This document shows positions 8,124 to 16,484 of a stretch of 32,000 bases of DNA, in pieces; within the stretch, counting starts at the first letter, position 1; the number at the start of each line of letters is the position of its first letter. The position numbers were made by a program, and so were the translations under genes. The DNA comes from Candidatus Heimdallarchaeota archaeon (GTDB taxonomy: Archaea; Asgardarchaeota; Heimdallarchaeia; Hodarchaeales; Hodarchaeaceae), in NCBI GenBank assembly GCA_020353515.1, contig CP070695.1, positions 2,261,921-2,293,920 of the forward strand, read 5' to 3'. The notes under the pieces are model-generated. The model ran no database searches. It saw only the letters and a program-made list of their open reading frames with translations, and was not told the origin of the DNA.

Positions 8124-9002
8124 TTAATTGTTGGAGGTTGTGGTCTGTATCTCTAAATCGTTGACATAGTGGTTGATGCCTGGGGCAACCGTTTTGATGG
8201 TTCTTGTGTTACTAGTTTTAATCGTGAGATGAGGAAACGATTCTTCAATCACAGTTTGAATTTGGGGCCGCCAATCGGTTGGTTTCCGTGAGCTTGATAA
8301 TCCATGAGCATGTATGATCCCTCCTCGTTCTTGACGCAAACTCGCTAGTGCAATCTTAAACTGAACATTATCAATGGTAAAATATCCCATGAGTACTCGA
8401 TTTGCCCAATCCTTTGGCGTGAGTTTCCTGTTATCTCCAAGTACTGCTTGGTATTGTTCCTTCACCTGATTTTCTTGGATATTCTTCTCAAGGAACATGA
8501 AAGCGTCAGGGTTGATCTCTATTCCTATGATCTTTACTGTTGGGTTGTGGACTGCTATTGGCAATGATAAGTTTCCTACACAGGCAAACATATCGATAAT
8601 TTGCTCAGGTTCCTGGCAGTTTTTAATCATTCGTTGTCGTTCTGCATGATTTCCATTGGAAAATGTCAGATTCAGGGCATCAATCCAGAATTTGCACCCT
8701 AGTTCTTTATGAAGTGTGACAGTATTGGGTTCTCCTGCTAAAACTTCATTATCTGGTTGACGTGTTGTGGTAGTTGTTATTCCTACCTTGTGGGCAACTG
8801 TTTTCAGTTCTGGTAGGAATTCTAAATATTTCTCACCAATTTCCCTCTTCCATGGTAGTAGTTCTGGGTTGAGATTTAATATCCCAACTTTCCCTACCCG
8901 TTTCCAGCGTTTTGGGAGTAATGAAATAAGATGTGCTGGTAGAATTTTTTGGTCTTGAATTGTTTGCTTGATTTGTTGGAATGGAGTTCGTTTGGAAGTC
9001 AA
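8124..9002 (-). CDS. Met-10+/Trm5-TYW2 family SAM-dependent tRNA methyltransferase
   Basis: [17 protein letters not shown]...[23 protein letters not shown] matches the Trm5/Taw2 class I MTase core. The TTG start overlaps the uS14 stop (ATTGA). Confidence 0.7.
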   Translation of the reverse strand: MTSKRTPFQQIKQTIQDQKILPAHLISLLPKRWKRVGKVGILNLNPELLPWKREIGEKYLEFLPELKTVAHKVGITTTTTRQPDNEVLAGEPNTVTLHKELGCKFWIDALNLTFSNGNHAERQRMIKNCQEPEQIIDMFACVGNLSLPIAVHNPTVKIIGIEINPDAFMFLEKNIQENQVKEQYQAVLGDNRKLTPKDWANRVLMGYFTIDNVQFKIALASLRQERGGIIHAHGLSSSRKPTDWRPQIQTVIEESFPHLTIKTSNTRTIKTVAPGINHYVNDLEIQTTTSNN

Positions 9003-9148
9003 TATTTTCTAAAACCTAGATCATCTGCAATCTCTCGTATGCATCGTCTGCAGATGTACAGTCCATATTTTCGTATTATTGCTCTATGTGTCCCACATCT
9101 TCGACACGTTCGTGTTCCCTTCCCAAATTTTTTCTTTGTTTCTGACAT
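8999..9148 (-). CDS. rps14: 30S ribosomal protein uS14 (zinc-ribbon, S29e-type)
   Basis: My own translation gives [49 protein letters not shown]. It is 49 aa and below the ORF-track cutoff. It sits in the expected position after uL5. Confidence 0.9.
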   Translation of the reverse strand: MSETKKKFGKGTRTCRRCGTHRAIIRKYGLYICRRCIREIADDLGFRKY

Positions 9149-9159
9149 CTTGTGCATAT

Positions 9160-9762
9160 TTATACGACTCCGAGATTGAACTCATGTTTGAAAAACGCAA
9201 TTCCTTCCTCTTTAGTGATTCTATGTCTAGAGGGGATTTTCATTTTTCGTGATCTTCGGCGATTTGTCCGATATCCTGCCCGTTCTAAGACTACTGTGGT
9301 GTCAAATCCATGAACCCCGATTTTGGGATCATATTTGATATTTGGTAATTTTAGGTGGTCATCTATTCCTAGGGATAGATTTCCATGTCTGTCAAAATTC
9401 TTTTGTGAGACTTGATCCTCAACCGCCCAAAACGCTTTTTTCAGAAATTCATCCGCGAGGTCCCCTCTTAGCGTTGTGAACACTGCTATAGGTTCGTGTT
9501 TTCTAATTCCAAATCCTCTAACTGATTCTTTTGCTCTTCCGTCGGCTGGAGCTTGATTTGTAAGAATCTCACAGAGTTCTCTCGCTTGTTCTAGTTTTGG
9601 GCCAGATGAACCCACTGCAAAGTTCACACACACTTTTAAAATTCGTGGTTTTCGCATTGGGTGTACTTTCCATTCTGCCACGTATGCTTTTTCTTCCTCT
9701 GTAAGTGGGACAGGTTCCCTTTCTTCTTCTAGTGTTGGGGGGGTCCTTTTCCTAAAGCTCAT
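9160..9762 (-). CDS. rpl5: 50S ribosomal protein uL5
   Basis: NPMR-like [18 protein letters not shown]...IAVFTTLRG motifs. The ATG at 9762 overlaps the eS4 stop by 11 nt and is preferred over the longer 9822 start. Confidence 0.9.
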   Translation of the reverse strand: MSFRKRTPPTLEEEREPVPLTEEEKAYVAEWKVHPMRKPRILKVCVNFAVGSSGPKLEQARELCEILTNQAPADGRAKESVRGFGIRKHEPIAVFTTLRGDLADEFLKKAFWAVEDQVSQKNFDRHGNLSLGIDDHLKLPNIKYDPKIGVHGFDTTVVLERAGYRTNRRRSRKMKIPSRHRITKEEGIAFFKHEFNLGVV

Positions 9763-10528
9763 CTTCCTCGGTTCCTGTTTCTTGTGGGATTTCAATGACT
9801 GGTTCTTCGCGACCGATAACAAATAGGTGGTGATCTGTCGTCTTAATTTCCCCCTTCTCTGTCTCTAATGTAACAGTACGCGTTTTTCGTCCGCTTTGAG
9901 ATTCAATTTCTCGGATTTTTCCGATAATTCCTACGTTATGTCCCCCCATAATTAACGCGGTGTTCCCTTCAGTAAAGGGGTAATGATCTTCGATTGTTTT
10001 GTCTTCCAGATTAAACATCACACTGTCTTTGACTGCAATTTCTGAGATAGGAAATTGATATTCCTCTTCAGGATTTAGTAAGAAGTTTCTACCATCGTGA
10101 AAAGTCAGTTGAATTAGGCTTTTTTTCACCATCTGTTTTTTCTGGATGCGTTGTATCTTCAGGTGTGTGTCCTCTTTTGGAATGGGATGAAGTTTAAATC
10201 GACGTTTTCCACGGTACGGGGTTAACCGAAAGTATTCATCTGTTTTTGGGATTTCTAGTATATCCATGGGGCCTAAACTAGATTTATAGTTGGTTTGAAC
10301 TTTTCCATCAACTTTGATCATTTGTCGACTGAGTATTTTTTTGACTTCAGAAAGGGTTTTTGCGTATCCTAACATTTCTCTAATTACAATTCCTAGCGGG
10401 ATCGAAGACTCCATTGAACTTCGTGTCGGGTAAGGTTTAATTGTAAAGGTACCATGTTTCCTAGGTATGGGATAAGCGATTGGGGCGCTTAATCGTTTTC
10501 TATGTCGCGGACTTCCTTTCTTACCCAT
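9752..10528 (-). CDS. rps4e: 30S ribosomal protein eS4
   Basis: MGKKGSPRHRKRLSAP... N-terminus, with an S4e/KOW layout. This protein is specific to archaea and eukaryotes. Confidence 0.9.
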   Translation of the reverse strand: MGKKGSPRHRKRLSAPIAYPIPRKHGTFTIKPYPTRSSMESSIPLGIVIREMLGYAKTLSEVKKILSRQMIKVDGKVQTNYKSSLGPMDILEIPKTDEYFRLTPYRGKRRFKLHPIPKEDTHLKIQRIQKKQMVKKSLIQLTFHDGRNFLLNPEEEYQFPISEIAVKDSVMFNLEDKTIEDHYPFTEGNTALIMGGHNVGIIGKIREIESQSGRKTRTVTLETEKGEIKTTDHHLFVIGREEPVIEIPQETGTEEDEL

Positions 10529-10542
10529 TATTTTCTACTCCA

Positions 10543-10977
10543 TTATTCTTCTTCAAGGGCCTCTGCTTCTGCTTCACTGATATCGTCTTCATCAATTTCA
10601 AGTTCCATTTTTGCCCGTCGTTCAAGAATCTTCTTTCGTGATTTGTCTACTTTGCCAAAACGACGAATAACCACCTTAGAGGTATCAATTTTGTACATTA
10701 TTTTTGATTTATCTGCTTTTTCACGGGCAATCCCATCAATCCCCAATCGTCGTTTTTTTGTATCAACCTCAAGAACTTTCCCTTCTGTTCCTATAAAATC
10801 GCCTGCAGTGATATACACCACATCACCTGGGCGTACAGGCATCCTCTTCACCTTGTATTTTTCTCGTAAATCTTTGGAAAGTCGTGCAGATATCATTTTT
10901 GATCGCTGAAAAGAATGTGCTGTGAATAATCGTCGTCTTTGTTTTGATGGATCACGAGTTTTTTGTTTGGTACCCAT
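10543..10977 (-). CDS. rpl24: 50S ribosomal protein uL24 with an acidic C-terminal tail
   Basis: KOW motif VRPGDVVYITAGDFIGTEGKV. The ATG at 10977 is preceded by GGTGA and is preferred over the GTG at 10989. The tail is ...EIDEDDISEAEAEALEEE. Confidence 0.9.
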   Translation of the reverse strand: MGTKQKTRDPSKQRRRLFTAHSFQRSKMISARLSKDLREKYKVKRMPVRPGDVVYITAGDFIGTEGKVLEVDTKKRRLGIDGIAREKADKSKIMYKIDTSKVVIRRFGKVDKSRKKILERRAKMELEIDEDDISEAEAEALEEE

Positions 10978-10995
10978 TTCATTGTTCACCTTCTT

Positions 10996-11412
10996 TCAAG
11001 AAATTACTCGTGCTGTACTCGCAATTCGTGGCCATGCGTCGGCTGCTTCTTTTGATACGGCTCCCCTAATTTCGCTTCCTCGTGGTTCTCCTTGTTCGTT
11101 TGTTACTACCACTGCATTATCTTCAAAATAGACCCAACTTCCATCTGATCGTTTATAGGGTTTTTTCTGTCTGATTACTACTGCGTGTACTATTTGTCTT
11201 CGTAGTTTGGGTGTTCCTTTTTTTACAGAGCACACAATCATATCCCCAACTCTTGCTGCAGGTTGTCGTCTTAATCGTGTATTGTGTCCTTTCACACTAA
11301 TTACTTGTATCATTCTTGCTCCAGAGTTATCAGCTACCCTAACAATAGCTCCAGTGGGCAAAGCACGAGTTATGCGCCTCGTCACAAGCCTTAACGATCT
11401 TCTTTTCTTCAT
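10996..11412 (-). CDS. rpl14: 50S ribosomal protein uL14
   Basis: VADNSGARMIQVISVKG...GDMIVCSVKKG are highly conserved uL14 motifs. Confidence 0.95.
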   Translation of the reverse strand: MKKRRSLRLVTRRITRALPTGAIVRVADNSGARMIQVISVKGHNTRLRRQPAARVGDMIVCSVKKGTPKLRRQIVHAVVIRQKKPYKRSDGSWVYFEDNAVVVTNEQGEPRGSEIRGAVSKEAADAWPRIASTARVIS

Positions 11413-11416
11413 TTCT

Positions 11417-11761
11417 TTATTCTCCTTTCCCTAAATTTTCAATTACAACGAAAGATACGGTTTTTGATAGTGGACGACATTCTCCAATTCGTATTCGGTC
11501 TCCAACCTTAGCTTCGATACAAGGAGGATTATGAGCATGCATTCGTATGGTTGAGCGCCCATATCGCTTGTATTTTCTTATTAATTCCAGATCTGGTCTT
11601 TGAACAGTTACTGTTTTATCCATTCTGTCTGAAATTACTTCCGTTTCGATAATTCGTCCACGAACGGATAATGTTCCATGGAAGGGACAGTTTTGATCAT
11701 CACATGTCCTCTTAGGTGTTGGAGCAATTCCGATATGTCGTGAATACTTTTTCTTCACCAT
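11417..11761 (-). CDS. rps17: 30S ribosomal protein uS17
   Basis: CDDQNCPFHGTLSVRGRIIETEVISDRMDKTVTV...VGDRIRIGECRPLSKT is the archaeal uS17 pattern. Confidence 0.9.
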   Translation of the reverse strand: MVKKKYSRHIGIAPTPKRTCDDQNCPFHGTLSVRGRIIETEVISDRMDKTVTVQRPDLELIRKYKRYGRSTIRMHAHNPPCIEAKVGDRIRIGECRPLSKTVSFVVIENLGKGE

Positions 11762-12042
11762 TTTCGTTTCCTCATACGTTTGATGCGATCTTCATGTCGT
11801 CCTTTCATTTGGTTACCATTTATTTCGTATGATTGGTTATTAATTGTGATTCGTAATTTTGATTGATCCTTTGGGATCCTTTTTAGCCCTGTTGTCGTCA
11901 TTACTTCCCAGGTATTTTTTGTTTCGTTTCTAATTTGTCCAGAAAACACTTTCCCTGAGTATTCAATCTCACATTGTCTGTTTATCAATCTAATCCTTAA
12001 TAAGTTTCTCTCTAATGATATCTCATGGCGATTTTGGGACAT
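11755..12042 (-). CDS. rnp1: RNase P protein component 1 (Rpp29/Pop4 homologue)
   Basis: It has the conserved archaeal position between uL29 and uS17. It has the Sm-like pattern GKVFSGQIRNETKNTWEV...KRIPK. The ATG at 12042 is preferred over the TTG at 12060. Confidence 0.7.
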   Translation of the reverse strand: MSQNRHEISLERNLLRIRLINRQCEIEYSGKVFSGQIRNETKNTWEVMTTTGLKRIPKDQSKLRITINNQSYEINGNQMKGRHEDRIKRMRKRKW

Positions 12043-12235
12043 CTTGTTCTTCCTTATCAATTGTGAGGATTCGTGCTACTGTTCGTCTTAATTCACGAAC
12101 TCGGCCAGCAGATTCAACTGATCCTGTTCGAGCTTTGCCTCTCAGTGTCAGTAACTCTGTTTTTAATTCTTGTAACTTCTTTTCTCGTTCTGAAGACGTC
12201 ATATTTCGAATTTCTGCTTTACGTAATATAACCAT
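12023..12235 (-). CDS. rpl29: 50S ribosomal protein uL29
   Basis: MVILRKAEIRNMTSSEREKKLQELKTELLTLRGKA... The ATG at 12235 fits the family N-terminus. The ORF-track GTG at 12244 is an alternative start. Confidence 0.9.
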   Translation of the reverse strand: MVILRKAEIRNMTSSEREKKLQELKTELLTLRGKARTGSVESAGRVRELRRTVARILTIDKEEQDVPKSP

Positions 12236-12240
12236 TTTTA

Positions 12241-13038
12241 TCACTTATCTTCATCAAAATCTTCAGATTTCAGGAGTTCTTCGTCCTCTTCTGGTTTTTC
12301 TTCTTCAACTTCAGTCTCAGTTTCCGCTTCAGGTATAGGTTCTTCTTTAACTTCCGTTTCAGGTAAAGGTTCTTCTACTTCAGGAAGTATTTCTTCTTCT
12401 TCCTCTTCTTCGATTACTTCCTCCTCCTCTGGTTTACCGAATACATTAGGAATGAGTACGGCGTCATCAGGAAGCACTGCGTCAGGTTGCATTATCTTAA
12501 CATGAACTCCAATTACCCCCTGTTTTAGGGTAACTTCCATTACTGTATCTTCTACATATTTCTTAGAAGGTTCCCCACATTTAGCCACGAATCCTTCTCT
12601 GAATACTTCTGATCGTGCACGTTGGGAGGTTAGTTTTCCTTTTATTGTAATTTCGCAGCCCCGTGCCTCTGCAGACATGATACGGCGAACCAGGGCGTAT
12701 CCAGCTCTACGAAAATGAAACCCCTTTTGGATCTGTGAGATCAGTCGTCCTGCCATTACTCGTGAGTTTAACCTCGGATTTTCAAGATCTTTGATCTCTA
12801 GTTGAGGAGTTTCTAATCCGTAGAGGTGTTCGAGCATTTCAGTAATTTTCCTCACGTTTCGTCCACGTCTTCCGATTACCATTCCTAGACGTACGGCATG
12901 GATTACTACACGATGCCCCATTGGTGTTTTATGAATTTCTACCTTTCCTTGTCCCGCTAGCTGTAATTCTTCATTGAGGAATTCACTTACTTGGACGTAT
13001 TGTAAGTTTCTATTTAGTAATTCCTTTCTTGCTGCCAT
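12241..13038 (-). CDS. rps3: 30S ribosomal protein uS3 with a ~65-aa poly-acidic C-terminal extension
   Basis: KH domain (VIGRRGRNVRKITE) plus the uS3 C-domain. The tail is KPEEEEVIEEEEEEEILPEVEE...EEDEELLKSEDFDEDK. Confidence 0.95.
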   Translation of the reverse strand: MAARKELLNRNLQYVQVSEFLNEELQLAGQGKVEIHKTPMGHRVVIHAVRLGMVIGRRGRNVRKITEMLEHLYGLETPQLEIKDLENPRLNSRVMAGRLISQIQKGFHFRRAGYALVRRIMSAEARGCEITIKGKLTSQRARSEVFREGFVAKCGEPSKKYVEDTVMEVTLKQGVIGVHVKIMQPDAVLPDDAVLIPNVFGKPEEEEVIEEEEEEEILPEVEEPLPETEVKEEPIPEAETETEVEEEKPEEDEELLKSEDFDEDK

Positions 13039-13042
13039 TCCC

Positions 13043-13519
13043 TCATTCCTCCGTTACTACTACTTCGATGTGTGTTAGTGTTTGATTACTCGGTGATGAT
13101 CGTCCATGGGCTCGTGGCATGATTCCTCGAATTTTCCGTCCTCTTTGTGCTGCAATATGCGTAATTCGTAACCGACTGACTTCTAATCCTTTAAACGAGG
13201 AGTTCTGTTCTACATTTTCGAGAACTCGTAAAATTTCCCTTGCTGCCTTTTGTGGATAGCGTCCTGCTGGCCATTTTTGTAAATCACGACGGTGGGGAAT
13301 TTTCTTCCGATAGCGTTTGAAAGGTACACTTCTTTCTCCAGTTATTACTTGTTCAAGATATTCCTGGGCTGTTTCCAAGTATTTCCCTTTTAATTCGTGA
13401 CAGATCTCTCGAGCATGTTTTGGCGAAATTCGCATATTCCGTCCTGTTGCAATCGCGGTGCGGTCTGCATCTAACCCAAAGACGGAGATCTTGTAATTTG
13501 GCACTTTATATTCAACCAT
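13043..13519 (-). CDS. rpl22: 50S ribosomal protein uL22
   Basis: GRNMRISPKHAREIC...PFKRYRKKIPHRR...AHGRSSP....THIEVVV is the archaeal uL22 (L17e) pattern. Confidence 0.9.
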   Translation of the reverse strand: MVEYKVPNYKISVFGLDADRTAIATGRNMRISPKHAREICHELKGKYLETAQEYLEQVITGERSVPFKRYRKKIPHRRDLQKWPAGRYPQKAAREILRVLENVEQNSSFKGLEVSRLRITHIAAQRGRKIRGIMPRAHGRSSPSNQTLTHIEVVVTEE

Positions 13520-13887
13520 TTCAAAGATTGAGGAATGATCCTGAATCCTATTTTGTTTTTCTTTTTTTTGACCTTTACACGTAGTATTGGCTTATTTCAA
13601 ACATTTAAGGTTACGATTTTTTCGTTATAAAAATCATCTCCTTCCACCGATTCATATACGCATTTCAAATCCTTTGAATTATTTCTATTGCATACTTGTT
13701 TTTTAATCGTTCCAGCTAATTTTGGCCTAGGAGCTCATTATAATCTTCTTTTAAGGTGATGTACATGTTAGTTTCAATCCAATTTTTTTTGGCACTTATT
13801 TGATTGTTTTTCCCCCTCTGAATGTCCACCCTGCCTTTTTTTAACTACTCTTTTTTTCCCTGTATTTGAAAGTAAAGGTGATAATCT

Positions 13888-14283
13888 TTGTCTTCCCGTC
13901 GTGGTTTTCGTTATCGTGGATTTACTCTTGATGAACTTCGTCAAAAATCTATGGATGAGTTTATTTCCCTTCTCCCTGCCCGTCAGCGTCGTTCACTGAC
14001 CCGTGGGATGAGTACCCAACACATCAAACTAATGGAACGTATTCTTGCTAGCAAAGAATCAAAACGACCTGTACGCACACACTGCCGCGATTTTATCATC
14101 CTCCCTGAGCTTATTGGTGCTGTCGTTCAGGTATATAATGGCAAGGAGTTTCTTCGTGTGAATCTCCTCCCAGAAATGCTTGGACATTATTTAGGGGAGT
14201 TTGCCCCCACCTGTAAACAGGTTAAACACTCTGCTCCTGGTATTGGAGCTACAAGAGGATCACAATTTGTCCCCTTGAAGTAA
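13888..14283 (+). CDS. rps19: 30S ribosomal protein uS19 (monocistronic, on the opposite strand to the rest of the block)
   Basis: FRYRGFTLDELRQKSMDEFISLLPARQRRSLTRG...VQVYNGKEF...GEFAPT are conserved uS19 motifs. The TTG start is preceded by GGTGA. Confidence 0.9.
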   Translation: MSSRRGFRYRGFTLDELRQKSMDEFISLLPARQRRSLTRGMSTQHIKLMERILASKESKRPVRTHCRDFIILPELIGAVVQVYNGKEFLRVNLLPEMLGHYLGEFAPTCKQVKHSAPGIGATRGSQFVPLK

Positions 14284-14298
14284 AAATTCTGGGAATCG

Positions 14299-15054
14299 CT
14301 ATTTCATCCTATTTTCTAACTGGAGTAATTTGTTGTATAGGTCTTGTGCTGCTTTCATCTGGGCTTCTTTCTTGTTTTTCCCTTGACCTTTCCCTGTTAA
14401 CCCCTTATTTTGGTAGGTCCCCTGACATAAGTACCAATATTCTGGGTCATGATCAGGTCCCTCCCTTTTAAGTAATTGATAGGTGGCTTCAGGTATTTGC
14501 CGTTGCTGAAAAAATTCTTGAAGTCGATTTTTCGGATTGTATTCATTTTTCCCTTGGATAATATTTCCTATTTCATCATTAAGCAGAATATTGTCCATAA
14601 AATTTTCAAACAACTGTAATAAAAACGCTTGACATGGAGCTAATCCATTAGCGACATATAATGCTCCAAAAATGGCTTCAACCGCATCAGCGAGATCTTT
14701 TTCTTGAATTGTATACGCGGGTGCACAACGAAGGACAGGATCTATTTGCAATTTTTCTCCAAGTTTAGCTAATGTTGTATTTTGTACAATTTCGGCACGC
14801 TTTTTCGTCATATCTCCTTCTGTCATGATATTCTTGTTATACAACCATTCAAGAACAAGAAGATCAATAACTGAGTCTCCTAGTGTTTCAAGTCGCTGAT
14901 TGTCACTGATACTCGGATCCACTGATTTATAAGATGGGTGAGTAAGAGCTTCGATAAGTAACGGGAGAGGTAATTGTAGATTCCATCTGAGATTGAATTT
15001 TTGAAAAGCTCCAGTGGGTTGTTTCTTTAACATTAGGAAGGGCCTCTTTTTCAT
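14299..15054 (-). CDS. rnc: Ribonuclease III (class 1: RNase III catalytic domain + C-terminal dsRBD)
   Basis: Signature ETLGDSVIDLLV (consensus ERLEFLGDAVL), LADAVEAIFGALYV, and a dsRBD ending GQGKNKKEAQMKAAQDLYNKL. Confidence 0.85.
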   Translation of the reverse strand: MKKRPFLMLKKQPTGAFQKFNLRWNLQLPLPLLIEALTHPSYKSVDPSISDNQRLETLGDSVIDLLVLEWLYNKNIMTEGDMTKKRAEIVQNTTLAKLGEKLQIDPVLRCAPAYTIQEKDLADAVEAIFGALYVANGLAPCQAFLLQLFENFMDNILLNDEIGNIIQGKNEYNPKNRLQEFFQQRQIPEATYQLLKREGPDHDPEYWYLCQGTYQNKGLTGKGQGKNKKEAQMKAAQDLYNKLLQLENRMK

Positions 15055-15132
15055 ATTTCATGTAGAATGATTTAAAGGAAGCTAAAAATATTAGAATTTA
15101 TAACTAAGTATGACCGAGATTCTTCTCAATAT

Positions 15133-16275
15133 ATGAAGGAAAGATATATGACACCAAAAACGCTGAAGGAGTATGGTTTAGAGTTTATTAACGAAATGGC
15201 CAAGGATCGAGAGGTAGCTCAACAAGAAATTGGTGTAGTTGTTTCTGGTGCCAAAAGTTCCCTTGTCAACCAAGGTCTTCCACATTTTACTTACAAAGAT
15301 TTGGAAGAATTCGTTAAAATCATCAGGAAGGAGACCTCTCGTATTGTAGATGGCGAACTGACTCGCATTACTATCAAATCTTTAGGTCGTATTCGACATG
15401 TTATCCAAAGTGATGCCACCTTTCTTCAAGAAGTAACATCTTCAGTTACCGAAGTGCAAATCCAAGAATTTGAAACCGAGATTACAAACTTAAAAGATCA
15501 AATCAGGGAGAAAAATACGCAGTTGTCTCAGCTTGAACACGAACGAGATGATATCCGTCGTGTATCTGAGGAAAATCAGGACAAAGTGAATCAATTAGAG
15601 ATGGAGATAAAAAGGTTACAACTCCAAGTTCAAAACCTTCAAGAGCAGGAGGAGCTGAGCCAAAAGAGTGTTGTAGAAATTAGGTCGGAATTAGCAGCTA
15701 AAGAGGCATTGATTGAGAAATTGAAAGAGCAAGAAAAGATCCACGAGAAAGATATTGAGGAAGCATTGGCATCTGTTGCTGAAACATATCAAATACAAGA
15801 AGATTATTATGCTCGGATGTTAGAAGAGGCGGTTCAACAACGATTAAAGCAAGTCCGCCAGGATTATGATTTGGAAATCGAAGAGATGCAAACTCGATTG
15901 AAGAATGAAATTGAACGTCATGAAGCGGACTCTAAACAACATAAAACTACAGTTTCTCGTCTTGAAGAATCTCTTGCCATGGCTGAAGCAGAACAACAAA
16001 CCCTGCAAGAAAAATTAGCTCAAGTGTATGATGAACGATCTCAACGTAATATGATTTTAGAATATACTCAGCGGTTACTCTCTACTCATCCATTGTATGC
16101 TTCAATCTTGATACTATTGAATCTTGGAGGCTCTCTGGATCTTCCTACACTCGCCATGTCTGTTGGTGCTCATCCAACGAGGCTTAAACAAATGTTACAA
16201 GAGGAATTGGTGTCAAGAAATTTGATCACTATTTCTTCTGACGATCCACCAATTGTGTATGCGAATATGGAATAA
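15133..16275 (+). CDS. Hypothetical protein: ~100-aa globular N-terminus, ~200-aa coiled coil, C-terminal winged-helix-like domain
   Basis: The middle is heptad-rich and E/Q/K-rich. The C-terminus, ILILLNLGGSLDLPTLAMSVGAHPTRLKQMLQEELVSRNLITI, looks like a wHTH. Confidence 0.4.
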   Translation: MKERYMTPKTLKEYGLEFINEMAKDREVAQQEIGVVVSGAKSSLVNQGLPHFTYKDLEEFVKIIRKETSRIVDGELTRITIKSLGRIRHVIQSDATFLQEVTSSVTEVQIQEFETEITNLKDQIREKNTQLSQLEHERDDIRRVSEENQDKVNQLEMEIKRLQLQVQNLQEQEELSQKSVVEIRSELAAKEALIEKLKEQEKIHEKDIEEALASVAETYQIQEDYYARMLEEAVQQRLKQVRQDYDLEIEEMQTRLKNEIERHEADSKQHKTTVSRLEESLAMAEAEQQTLQEKLAQVYDERSQRNMILEYTQRLLSTHPLYASILILLNLGGSLDLPTLAMSVGAHPTRLKQMLQEELVSRNLITISSDDPPIVYANME

Positions 16276-16345
16276 AGATCTTAGAACTATTCTTCAGACT
16301 CTTCATCGCCAAAAAAAAGGTTCTAACATTTATATGAAGGATATG

Positions 16346-16446
16346 GGCCGGCACGGGGAATCGAACCCCGACATGGAGGGCCACAACCTCCGAGACTACC
16401 ATTATACTCTAAGCAGAACACTGCTTAAAATTATCCTACGCCGGCC
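16346..16446 (-). tRNA. tRNA-His (anticodon GUG) with a genomically encoded G-1 and a 27-nt intron in the D-loop
   Basis: Hand-folded. Acceptor stem GCCGGCG/UGCCGGC, with G-1 opposite discriminator C73. Anticodon arm GGAGG-UUGUGGC-CCUCC. T-arm CGGGG-UUCGAUU-CCCCG. The D-arm GGAU-AUAAUGGUA-GUCU forms only after removing 16406-16432. CCA is not fully encoded. Confidence 0.85.
16406..16432 (-). other. Non-canonical tRNA intron (between D-stem position 13 and A14; boundary ambiguous by 1 nt)
   Basis: The insert is AAUUUUAAGCAGUGUUCUGCUUAGAGU. Nearly all of it folds as an ~11-bp hairpin (AUUUUAAGCAG-UGUU-CUGCUUAGAGU). Confidence 0.6.
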
Positions 16447-16473
16447 AGGGTATATGGATATATCTAAGCATGG

Positions 16474-16484
16474 TTATATTAAAA
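16474..16484 (-). promoter_or_regulatory. Candidate TATA box for tRNA-His
   Basis: TTTTAATATAA on the minus strand, 28-38 nt upstream of G-1. Confidence 0.3.

Noticed and set aside
8949-9179. 76-aa + strand ORF
   Set aside because: It is antisense to the clearly recognisable uS14 gene (8999-9148).
10502-12338. Plus-strand ORFs at 10502-10909, 10922-11131, 11207-11434 and 12015-12338
   Set aside because: They are all antisense shadows of highly conserved ribosomal protein genes. They are Ser/Arg/Phe-rich low-complexity translations.
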